Positions 18,501 to 30,500 of a stretch of DNA of 64,000 nucleotides are shown one piece after another. Position numbers and translations under genes: made by a program. A model generated the notes under the pieces. It was not told the DNA's origin. It made no database searches and saw nothing but the letters and a program-made list of their open reading frames with translations. How positions within the stretch are numbered: the first letter of the stretch is position 1; the number at the start of each line of letters is the position of its first letter. Source of the stretch: Rubrivivax sp. (GTDB lineage Bacteria; Pseudomonadota; Gammaproteobacteria; Burkholderiales; Burkholderiaceae_C); the NCBI GenBank assembly GCA_027483705.1, contig JAIXTY010000045.1, positions 43,503 through 107,502 on the forward strand. The letters are read 5' to 3'.

Positions 18501-21500
18501 TGTCCAGCGTCAGCGTGGCGGCGGCGTCCAGCTGCACCGCGCCGCCGGCCACGACCGCGGCCAGGCCCATCGCGCCACCGGCGCTCATCTGCACGGGACC
18601 ACCGGCCTGCACCGGCCCGGCGGTCAGCGAGCCCGCGGCGGTGAGGCGCAACTCGCCGCCGGCGGTGGCGCGGTCCAGCGTCAGCGCGCCGCCGGCACCG
18701 AGCTGCAGCGCGCCGCCGGCCTCGACCGTGCCCACCACCAGCGCGCCCGGCGCGGCCAGCCACAGGCCGCCGCCGGCAGTGGCGTCGACGCGGCCCGCAA
18801 GAACCTGCAGCGGCGCCACGCTGCTGCCGAGGTCGCCCGTGGCGGCCAGCTGCACACGGCCGCCGGCCAGGCTGCTGCCGGCCGCGCCGGTGACGCTGCC
18901 GCCCGCGGCGTTGAGCGACAGCGTGCCGCTGGTGGCCAGCGTGGCCGCCGCGCCGAGCTCGATGGCGCCCTGCGACACCAGGCTCACGGCGCCGCTGCCG
19001 CTGCCCACCGCGGCGTTGACGACCAGTGGCCCGCCGGTGCGCGCCGCCAGCGTCACGTCGCCGGCGCCCGCGGCCTGCACCGCGCCCGACACCAGCAGCT
19101 GGCCCGTGTGCGTGACGCCGCCTTCGATGCGGATGGCCTGGTCGGTGCCGCTGGCGGCGCCCACGAGTACGTCGATGGTGCCGATCTCCAGGCCGTTGGC
19201 CTCTCGGATGAAGACGCCACCGCGGCCGGCGCCGGCGGCCAGCAGCGACAGCGAGGTCTCCAGCGCATTGGCCTCGCGGCCGATGCCGTCCAGCGCCACG
19301 AGGCGTGCGCTGCCGGCGGTGATGTTGACGGTGGCCGGGTCGGCGTCGGCATCCGCATCGAGAAGCCGCGCGCCGGCGTCGATGCGCACCGCGCCGGTCG
19401 CCGCCGCGACCTGGCCGAGCACGATGTCGCCGCCGGCCTGCAGGCGCTGCGCGCCGCCGGCCGAGACCAGCCGCGCGTCGGCCGCCATCTGCAGCGCGCC
19501 GCCGGCGGTGATGTCGATGCCGGCCGTGCCGCGCACCTGCAGCCGCGAGCCGGCCAGCATCTGCACCGCATCGGCCGCCACCAGCGTGATCGTGCCGTCG
19601 GCGGTGGCGGCGCTGGCCACGACGATGTCGGCACCGGCGGCGCGTGTCTCGAAGCGCGCGGCGCCGCCACTGGTGACGGTCTGGTCCAGGCGCAGCGTGC
19701 CGGCGTCGAGCACCAACTCCAGGCGGCCGTCGCCGTTGACGAGGCCGCCGCTGGCCAGCGCCAGGCCGTCGCTCTCGCGCAGGAACACGCCGCCGATGCC
19801 GTTGCTGAGGCTCAGCGTGTCCAGCGCCAGCCGCAGCGCGGCGCCGTCGCCGCCGATGCCGGCGCCGGCCACCAGGCGCGCCGTCGGTGCGACGAGGTTG
19901 GGCGCGTTGCCGGCCAGGCCGTCGAGCAGGCGGCCCGTGGTGCTGCTCACGGCCAGGCTGGCGTCGGCGCGCAGGCGCGACAGCGTCACGTCGCCACCGG
20001 CCTGCAGCACGACACGGCGTGCGTCGGTGTCGACGCCGCCGGTCGACACGACCAGCGTGCCGCTGTCCATCGTCAGGCGGCCGCCGGCCTCGAGGGTAAC
20101 GAGGCCGCCGGCTGCCTCGACGTCGCCGCCGAGCTGCATGTCGCCGCCGGCGCGCAGCGTGAGCGCGCCGTTGCCGCTGAGCTGCACGCGGCCCGCGGCC
20201 AGCGACAGCAGGCCGTCGGCGGCCGTCAGCGTGGCGCGGCCGCCGGCCAGCTGCACGGCGGCTTCCAGGCGCAGGTCCGATCCACTGCCGCCGGCGTCGA
20301 CGCCGAGGTTGCCGCTGCCGGCCAGGCGCACGCCGCTGCCGGCCAGCGTGATGCCACCGCCCGCCGTCTTGAGCGTGATGCCGCCGCTGTCGCCGGCATC
20401 GGCCTGCTCCAGGCGCAGCACGCGCACGCTGCCGTCGATGAGCGAGGCCGGCAGCAGCACGCTGTCGCGCGCGGCCAGCACGCCCAGGTTGATGGCGCCG
20501 GCGCCGCGGTTGACGACGTCCAGCGTCGACACCTCCAGCGCCGCCAGGCCGACGCCGCCGCCGGCGTCGACGACGAGGTCACGCGTGCGCAGCGCCTCGC
20601 CCACGAGGCCGTCGATGGCGCTGTCCACCTGCTGCACGTTGCCCTCGGCCACGCGCAGCGTCACCGACGTGGCCTCCACGGCGTTGGCAATCTGGATCAG
20701 GCCGACGGCGTTGATGGTGAGCGAGGCGCCCTCGGCCAGCCGCAGCACCGCCGCCGGCTCGCCGGAGTCGGCCACGACCACGGTGCTGCCGTACAGCCAG
20801 GTGCTGTCGCGGAAGGTGACGCTGTCGAGATCGGTGCGCGCGCCCGCGGTGAGCACGCCGCTGCCGGCCACCGCGCGGCCGTCGCTGCCGGCGTGGCCGA
20901 TGGTGACGCCGGCAAAGCCGTCGGCCAGCGCGCGCAGCTCGGCCATGTCGAGGTTGAGCACGCCGCTGGTGGCCGCGCCGGCCGGCGAGGCCACGGCGAT
21001 GGACGCCGACACGGTGCTGGGCCGCAGCGTGATCCAGCCGCTGCCCACCAGCTGCTCCTCGCCCATCAGCAGGTCGATCTCGTCGGCCTCGATGACGATG
21101 TCGCCGCCGGCGCCGCCCAGCAATGAAGCGCTGAGCACCACGCCGCTGCGCAGCACCACCTGCTCGGCGCCGCGGATGACGAGGTCGCCGCCGTTGCGCA
21201 GGGTGATGTTGCCGCTGAACACCACCACGCCGCCGGCCTCGATGACGAGGTCGCCGTCGACGGTGACGGCCTGCTCGAACACCACGTCGCGCGCGGCGCG
21301 CACCGTCAGCGAGGCCAGCGCGTCGCTGCCGTCGTCGCCGCCGCCCACGGTGCCGGTGAAACGCACGCTGCCGGCCTCGGCCACGACGGTGAGGCGGTCG
21401 TCGAGCACGCCGTCGCCGCCCAGCCAGTGCACGTTGGTGCCGCCCAGCAGCACGCTGCCGCTGGCGCGCAGCTCGCGCTCGCCGGCCACGCGGATGGCGT

Positions 21501-24500
21501 CGCCGATGGTCAGGTCGCCGGCCACGGCCGACACGTTGGCGGCCACGCGCGTGGTCTCGCCGCTGCCGAAGATGGTGAGCGAGGGCGCGTCGAAGTCGGT
21601 CTCGAACAGCACCGCGCCGCCGGAGCCGTCGGTGAGGAACACGACGTCGTCGCGCAGGCTCACGCCGCTGGTGCCCATCACCATGATGCGGTTGCTGGAG
21701 CCTGCCGCGCCGAAAACGATCTGGCTGAAGCCGTCGCGCAGGTTCAGCAGGTCGGCGCCGTCCAGCGCCATCACGTCCTCGGCATCGAGGCTGGCGGCGA
21801 ACGACGACGCCATGCGACCGGCCGCGGCGAGCTCGCCGAGCACGATGCCGCGCGAGGGATCGATGGTGCGGAAGCTGAGCGTGCCGCCGACGCTGCGCAC
21901 CGAGGCCGAGATGTCGACGTCGTCGGCGGCGATGCCGACGTCGTCGCCGTTGGCGTCGAGCGCGCGGCTCAGCGTCTGGCGGCCGGCCAGGCTGATGACC
22001 TCGGTGCTGCCGCCGCGCGAGCCGCTGCCGCTGCCGGCGCCCACCGTCACGGCGCCGGCGGCCACCACGGCTACCGTCTCGCGCTCGGCGCTGGTGGCGA
22101 CGACGCTGCGCGCGTCGATGAACACCGCCAGCGGGCTGACCTTGAAGCCGGTCACCGCCTGGCCCACCTCGCCCAGCGCGGTGAGCGTGATCGCGCCGCC
22201 CTTGCTCTGCAGGTAGGCGCCGCCGGCGGCACGCAGCACGTCGCCGTTGGCGATGCCGCTGACCGCGGCCTCTTCGTCCGTCAGGCCGGCGGCCACCACG
22301 GCACCGGTGGCATCGTTGATGGTGAAGCGGCCGCGCGTCAGCACGAACTCGAGGTCGGCGTCGAAGCCCGTGCCTTCGGTGCGCCAGTTGGCGGCGTCGG
22401 GGTCGACGACGATGTCGCCCTGCACCGCGCGCAGCACGATGGCACCGCCGGCGCGCGTGTCGACGCTGGCGCCGGCCTGGATGCCGGCGTTGAGCACGAG
22501 ATCGTTGCCGCCGCCGTCCACGCCCTCGGCCGTCAGGCGCACGTCGCCGCCGTCGGTGCGGATGCTGTTGTCCAGGCGCAGGCCGGCGCGGCCGGCGTAG
22601 AGGCTCACGTCGGTGCCGGCGCTGGTGACGACGATGCCGCCGGTGGCACCGGCATCGCCGGTGATCGCACGCGCCGTGGTGGCGTCGGCCACCGTGATGG
22701 CGCCGGCGCGCGTGGCGATGGCCACCTCGCCCGCGGCCGTCTGCGACACGCGCACGATGACGAGGTCGTCGACCTCCTCGATGGCGATGGCGCCCGAGCC
22801 GCTGTTGACGAGGTCGATGGCGCGCACCTGCACCTCAACCGGGTTGGATGCCTGCCCGATGCCGGCGGTGGAGCGGATGACCAGCAGCGACTCGGGGGCG
22901 ATGATGTCGGTGTCGCCTTCGCCGCCGTCGATGACGCCGCCGGCCACGAAGCGCGACACCGGCAGCGGCGCGCCGTCGACCGCCGGCGCGTCGCTGCGGA
23001 ACTTGCCCAGGCGGATGTTGCCGTCGGCGCTGATGTCCAGCGTGCCGGTGCCGGCGAGCACGTAGGTCTCGGCCGTCATCACCAGGCTGCCGGTGCCGGC
23101 CGCCAGCGTGATGCGGCCGCCTTCGCTGGCGAGGTCGGCGTTGGCGCCCAACTCCAGCCCGGCGGCGCCGCGGATGGTGATGTCGCCGCCACGCACGGCC
23201 GTGCCCTTGAGCGCGGTGATGGCCTCTTCGAGGCGCAGCGCGCCGCTGTCGGTGACGATGCTGACGGCGTTGCCGTCGATGGTGCGCACGCGGCCGAGCA
23301 CGGTGGTCTCGGTCGTCGAGCCGCCGGCCCGCACGTCGACGCGGCCCCCGGCGGTGGTGTCGACGGCGTGGATGGTGATGGCGTCGCGCTCGGCCACGCG
23401 GATGGCGTTGCGGGCGGTGAGCGTGAGCTCGTCGGCGTCGAGCACCACATCGGCGCCACCGCCGCTGACGTCGATGACGACGGTGCGGCTGGTGGCGGTG
23501 CCGGCCAGGCCGCGGTCGGCCAGCGTGCTGTCGCCGATGACCAGCGAGCCGCCGGTGAGGCGGATGGTGAGCGTGCCGACGCTGCCGCGCAGGCTTTCGA
23601 TGGTGAGGTCGCCATCGACCTCGAGCGTGACGTCGCCGCCGGCCATCACCAGGTTCGCGATGCGCAGGTCGCCGGTCTGGCGCAGCGTGAAGTCGCTGGC
23701 GCCGCCGGTCAGCGTCACGTTCATCACGTTGACGGCGGTGGTGAGCGACAGGTCGTCGCCGGCCGCGACGTCGAGCCGGTTGGCGGTGACGGTGCCGCCC
23801 AGCGTCAGCGAGCCCGCGGCCTGCACGTTGATGCTGCCGGTGGAGCCGACGTTCAGCGGCGACACCACCACCAGCGACTCGCCGGCGCGGAAGGTGAGCC
23901 GGTCGCCCAGCAGCGTGGGGAACTGCACGACCGTGAGGTCGCCGGTGGCGGCGTAGCTCAGCGTGCCGGCGCTCGTGCTGCTGCGCGACGGGATCACGAT
24001 GACGTAGTCGCCGGTCAGCGAGACGTTGGTGCCGGCGTCGGCGCGGCGCGCCACGGCGGCGATGTCCAGTGTCTCGTTGGGCGTGGCCGCGGTGAGCAGC
24101 AGGCTGCGGGCGCCGGTGTCGATGGCCACGCTGCCGATGAGGCCGGTGCCCGTGGCGCGTGCGCTGAGCGCGCCCAGCACGCTGGCCCAGGTGGCTGCGA
24201 CGCCGCCCTCGCCCACCACCACCGGCGCGATCGACGCCGTGCCCACGGTGAGCTGGAACACCTGGCCGGCCCGCGGCAGCTCGTCGGCGAAGGTGAGCCG
24301 CGTGACCTGCGTGCGCAGCGTGCCCGGCTCCTGCAGCACGGTGTCGGCCTCGTCGAAGTCCGGGGCCGCGACCTGCGCCGCGTCGAGGATGCTCAGGCCG
24401 CTGACGTCGAACGGCGCGTTCGCCGCGTCGGCCCGCAGCGTCAGGCGGCGCGTCGCGGCGTCGATGGCGCTCACCGTGACGGGCAGCGGGTCGGCACCGC

Positions 24501-27500
24501 CGCCGGTGCCGGTGACGGCGTTGATCTGCCGGCGCAGGTCGGCCAGCACCTCGCCCCAGGTGTCGAGCGTGCCGCCGATGGTGGTGCTGAAGCTGCGGTC
24601 CTCGACGGTGATGCGCACCTCGTCGCCGGCGGCCAGCGGGTGGGCGCTGAACGTCACCGTGACCTGCTGCGTGCGGCTGTCGCCCGCCGGCTGCACCGGC
24701 GTGCCCGGGCTGCCGACGACGAGGCCGCTGGTCGAGCGGGCCGCCGTCAGCGTGACGTCGAACGGCAGTTCGGGGGCGGTGGCGGTCAGGCGCACGCGGC
24801 CGGCGCCGTCGGTGGCGGCGGACACCTGCGTCTGCAGAGTGTCGGCGGCGATGGCGGCGACGAGCGCGTCGCGCAGTTCGTTGCGCGTGGGGTCGCCGTC
24901 GGCGTCGATGTTGTAGGTGCGGCCACCCACTTCCACCACGTAGCGCCCGCCGGCCAGCGGCGACGACGAGAACGTGAGCACCGTCTGCTGCGCGACGCTG
25001 GGCGCGGGCGGCACGTCGCGGGCCTGCAGCACCTGGTCGGTCACGGTCACCGCGCCCACCGAGAACGCCGTGTTCACGACCTCGCCCTCGAGGCGGAGCA
25101 CGCGGCCGGCATCGGCGTCCACCGTGCCGCCGACGCTGCTGAGGCCGGCGCCGCCGGGCACGCGCGTCAGCGCCACCACCGCGCCGTCGGCAAAGGCTGC
25201 GAGGCTGCCGGTGCCGTCGATCAGGCGGGCGAGGCCGCGCGCCACGGTTTCCCAGGTGTCGCCGTTCACGGCGCCGCCGGGGATCGGCACGCCGTCGGCG
25301 TCGACCGCGATCTGGCGCACCGCCGTGTACTCGAACACGCGTGTGCCGATGGTGATGCTGTAGACCGCGCCGTCGGCCGGCGTGCCGCTGCGCACGAAGC
25401 TGACACTGCGCTCGGCGGCCTGGATGGGCTGGCCGCCCTCGATGTCCGCACCCAGGCTGCGCAGCGCGGCGGCCCAGTCGCCGGCGGGCACCGTGCTGCC
25501 GTCCACGCTGTACTCGATGCCGTTGACGACCACCGAGTACGACTTGTGGGCGTCCAGCGCCAGGCCGCTGGCGAAGACGATGCGGCTGCGCTGTGCCGCG
25601 TCCTGCCCGGGGGTGATGTCGGTGCTGCTGGTGCTGCCGACGACCTCCGTCAACGCGTACTCGGTGACGCTGACGGTGGCGTCGAAGGCGATGTTGTCGC
25701 GCTGCGCCGTGACGCGCAGCGTGTTGTCGTCGTTGATCGTGACGCCGTACTGGGCGTCGCGCTCGATCGCGGTCTTCAGGCGGCCCAGGAGGGTGTCGAT
25801 CTCGCCGGGCGTGGCCGCGCGGCCGCCATCGATGCCGCCGGTGATGTCGGTGAGCCGCTCGGTGAAGGCCACGGTGGCACCGCCCAGCGGGTTGGGCAGC
25901 GAGACCGTGAAGAACTGGCCCAGCAGCGGCGTGCCGCCGAAGTCGACCAGGCGCACCTGCGGCCGGCTCACCCCGGCCGCGGTGACCGGCGTGATGGTGG
26001 CGTTCTGCACGCCGTCGCCGGCGGCGATGACGCTGCTCTCGCTGATGAGCGTGGTCGGGTTGCGCAGCGCATCGGCGGCGCCGGAGACCACGCGCACCTC
26101 GAGGTCGTCGCCCGTGCCGGCATCGCGCGCACTGGGCAGCGTCTTCAGCGCGGCCGTGCCGCGCACCTCGACCTTGAAGGCGTAGAGGTCGATCTCGCGC
26201 TGCTCGGCCAGGTCGGCGGCGGTGAGCGGGCTGCCGGGCTCGCGCTGCAGCCATTCGGTCACGCCCAGGCGGCCATCGACGACGATGCGGCCTGCGGTCT
26301 TCTGCGCGCCGGCGGTCGCCTGGGACTCGATGTGGTCGATCAGCAGCCGGCCGCTGGCGTTGACGACGATGTCGCGGCCGCCGGTGTAGTTGACGATCTC
26401 GCGCACCTTCACATCGCCACCGGCGTCGACCGTCACGCCGCCGGTGCGCGTGCTGATCAACGTGACCTCCAGGCCGTCGGCCTCCTTCACGCGGATGTCG
26501 CGGTCGGTGGTGTCGCCGAGGCCGGTGCTGGTGCCGGTGCTCACGGCGGTCAGCTTGGACACCAGCGTGTTCACCTGGATCGCATCACGCGCCTGCACGT
26601 CCAGCGCCTGCGCGATGAACACCGAGGCCGGGTCGGTGGCCAGCGTGGTGGCACGCACGGTGATGGTGCCGGTGCCGGTGTCGGCGCCGACGATGCCACC
26701 GCGCAGCGTGAGCGCGCCGGTGACGTCGATGCGCACGTTGGCCGCCGGGTCGAAGCCCTGCAGGCCGCCGACGAAGCCGGTGAGCACGAGGTCGCGCACC
26801 GGGCCGCCGCTGCCGGCGTCGAGCGACACGTGCACGTCGCGCCGTGCGCGCAGCTCGAAGTTGGCCACCGGCAGGTTGCTCGTCAGGCGCAGCGTCAGGT
26901 CGCCGCTGGCCGAGCGCACGGCGGCCTCGGACAGCAGCGTCGAGGTGTCCAGCACGCCGTCGCGGTTGAGGTCGATGCCCAGCTGCGCCTCGGTGAAGGT
27001 GTCGGTGAGGTCGGGCGTGCCGTCGGGGTTGAGGTCCTGGTTGAAGTTGATGGCCTGCACCCGATCGACATCGCCACGCGCCACGATGCGCAGCGTGTCG
27101 ATCAGGCCATCGGCGTCGGTGCTGCCGTCGAAGCGCGTGCCCTTGTGCTGCACGACGCCGGTGACGATGACGTCCTGCTTCGAGATCAGCTCCAGGCGGC
27201 GGTTGGCCGACAGCGTGCCGTCGATGGCCAGCGTGCCGCCGCTCTCGAAGATCAGCGTGTCCGAGCGCAGCAGGCTGGGCAGCGTGCGCTCGTAGGTGCC
27301 GGTGACGGCGTCGCGGAACGCGAAGTAGTCGCCGGCGCGGTACTCCATCAGCTGCGGCGCGGCGAAGAAGCGGTACAGCTCCACGCGCTCGGCGGCGGTG
27401 AAGGCCACGCCGCGCGTGTACTGCAGCGTGTCGGTGCTGGCGTCGCCGGCCACGTAGCCGGTGGGCAGCGCCACCAGCACGCTGCCGGTGTCGCTGGAAA

Positions 27501-30500
27501 GGCGCAGCGTGTCACCCCGCACCAGCGCGGCGGGGCCGACGCGCAGGTCGCCTTCGGCGCGCAGCGACACGGTGCTGCCGGCGGCCGAAACGCTGGCGGC
27601 CAGCGGCGCGCTGGCACGCTGCACGTCCAGGCCGGCAAAGGACTCGGCCACGCCGTCGAGGTCGGCCAGCTCGATGCCGCTGCCGGCCGCGCGCGTGATC
27701 GCGTCGAGCCGGTTGGCGGCGATCTCCAGGCCGCTGATGCCATTGGCGGCGTCGAGCACCAGGCGGTCGGCCACAAGGTCGGGCTCGGCGTCGACGAAGG
27801 TCTCGGCGATGCGCCCGCCGCTGGTGATGACGATGTCGCCGGCCGAGCTGAAGCGGGTGACGAGCGCCCCGCTGGCGTCACGCACCACCGGCACATCGGC
27901 GGGGTTGCGGATGTACAGCCCGGCCTCGACCGAGCGCACCAGAACGTCGCCCGCGGCGGTGATGGTGACGTCGTTGGCCGCGCTGTTGCCGCCCAGGCGG
28001 ATGCTGGCCAGATCGACCGCGCCGCCGGCCGTGAGCGTGAAGGCGCCGTTGACGAGCTGCGTGCGGTCCACCACCAGGCGCTGGGTGTCCTGCGTGACGG
28101 TGGTGCTGCCCGGCGTGCGCTGCACCACGGCCAGCGTCTGCGCCGACAGCACGAGCGAGATGCTCCCGGGGCTGGTGATGGCCACGTCGTTCACCGAGCC
28201 GGCCGCGACATCGACGACATCGGCCACCAGGCGACCACCGTCGCGCATGGCCACGGAACCCTGCACGTCGAGCACGATGTCGCCGCGGCCGGTGGTGGAC
28301 AGCGCGCCGAGCAGCACGCTCGCGCGGTCGGCACCGAGCTGCCGCGTGGTGATCTCGATGTCGTTGCCGTCGGTGCCGCCGCGCGTGCTGGCCGCCAGCA
28401 GCTCGAGCGTGCCGCTGACGGCCAGGCGCACGTAGCCGTCCTGCGCGGCCAGGCGGTCGGCGACGAGGTCGCCGCGCTGCTGGATCTCGATGTTGCCGAT
28501 GCCGGTGGTCTGCGCGTCGACGACGCGGCCCACCTCGGTGGCCAGCACGATGCCGGCCTCGGCGCGCACCTGCAGCTCGCGGCCCGAGACCAGGCCGTTG
28601 ACGACGAAGGCGCCGCTGACGCCATCGACCGGCCGTGTGCTCTGGATGACCTGGCCCGAGTCGGCCACCAGCACCACGCGGCCCTCGGGTGCGGCCAGCA
28701 GGCTGCCGTCCAGGCGCACGCTGCCGCCGTAGCGGCCGGCGCTGATCTCCAGGTTGCCGGTGGTGGCCGTGAAGGCGGTGTCGCCGTCGGCGCGCACGGT
28801 GCCCGAGCCGGTGCCGGTGAGCACCTCGCCGGCGCCGTCGAAGGTGGCGAAGCCGGCCTGCACCGAGATGTTCTCGGCGGTGGCGCGGCCCGACAGCGTG
28901 ACATCGCGCCAGGCCTCCAGCCGCAGGCTGGCCAGCGCGGCCTCGCCGTCGGCACGCGCCTCGCCGCCGAACAGCAGCTCGCCGGTGGAGCCGACGCGGA
29001 TGGTGGCCGCGTCCTGGCCGTCGGCCTGCGTGCCCAGCAGCAGGGCCGAGTCGTCCAGGCGCACGCCGGTGCCGCCGCTGAGCACGATGCGGTTGGCCGC
29101 CAGTTCGGTGGACAGCGGCGAGCCGCCGGCCTGGCGCTCGCCGCGCAGCGTGAGCTCGCTGCCGGCGCTGATCTCCAGCCCATCGGTGGCCTCGACGCGG
29201 CCCGAGAGCTGCACCGCCCCGCCGGCCACGATGCGCACCTGCTGGCCGCTGACCGAGGCGTCGACGCCGGCCATCGTGGCGCCCAGGTCGACGGTGACGA
29301 TCTCGGTGCGGTACACCGGCACGGCGATGGTCTCGGGCACGTCCTTCCACACCGTGACGGTGCGGTCGACGACGGTGCTCACTTCGACCGTGTTGGTCTG
29401 GTAGATCGGCCGCCAGTCGTTGATCGGCGTGTCTTGCGTCGTCACCTTGTAGAAGACCTGCACGCGCTGGTCGCGGATCAGGTCGTCGGTGCTGGTCCAG
29501 CGGTAGGTGACGTTCTTGAACTGCTCGCTGACGTAGCCCCAGGCGCGGAACGAGGTGATCTGGTCGTTGATGCCGTCGCCGACGTTGCTGATGCTCGAGA
29601 AGTACGTGCGCTCGAAGCCCGACTGCGTGCCGAACTTGTTGTAGTTGATGTGCTGGTAAGCCACCAGCTTGGCCAGGCCGCTCTGGAACTGGATGGCGGT
29701 GATCTCGTCGTTGAAGGTGTCGCCGACGTAGCCGACGTTGCCTTCGAAGGACCTGTTGCCGCCGCGGTAGCCGCTGTCGATGTAGACGGTGTAGTCGGCA
29801 TTGCTGGCCCCTTCGCGGATGCCGACGAGGCGGGAGCCGGACACCGTCTGGGACAGGTACTCGAGGTTGGCGGTGCCGTTGGGCTGACTCAGGTCGGTCT
29901 GCGCGAGCTGTCTCCAGAAGTCCAGCTCGACGGACAACAGGTTGTTTCCGCGCTTGCCGTCGGCTCCCTGGTCGCCCACGTATCGGGTCGCCCACTCGGC
30001 CGGGTCATCGAGCTGCAGGTAGGCATCCTCCACCCAGGCCCACGCCGGCTGCCAGGCGCGGCTCACGGCCGCCACGGTGCTCGCGTCCGGCACCGTCTGG
30101 CTGGTCAGGTTGAAGAAGCGCGTGCCGGCACCTTCGATGGCTTCCTTCACCACCCAGCGGCCGCCGCGATTGTCCCAGTCGTCAACGGTGAGGTGGCCCC
30201 GGACCATGGCACTGTCGACGAGATTCGAGCTGTCCTGCTGGTAGAGCACGTTGGCCTGGTCGCGGAAGCGGCCGACGAGTTCGCCTCGCGGTTCAGCCAG
30301 TGTCCGGTCGTTGTACCTTTCGAGCGAGATCCATTCACCGTTGTTGACGCCGTTCAGGACGCGGTCGCCCACCAGGTACAGCGGCGAGGACGAGGTCGTC
30401 ACCGACAGGATCGCCTCCTGCGCGCCTTCGGGCATCAGCACGTACTTGTCGCGCCAGCCCGCCACGTCGACGAAGTACACGCGGTCGGGGTTGGTCTTCC

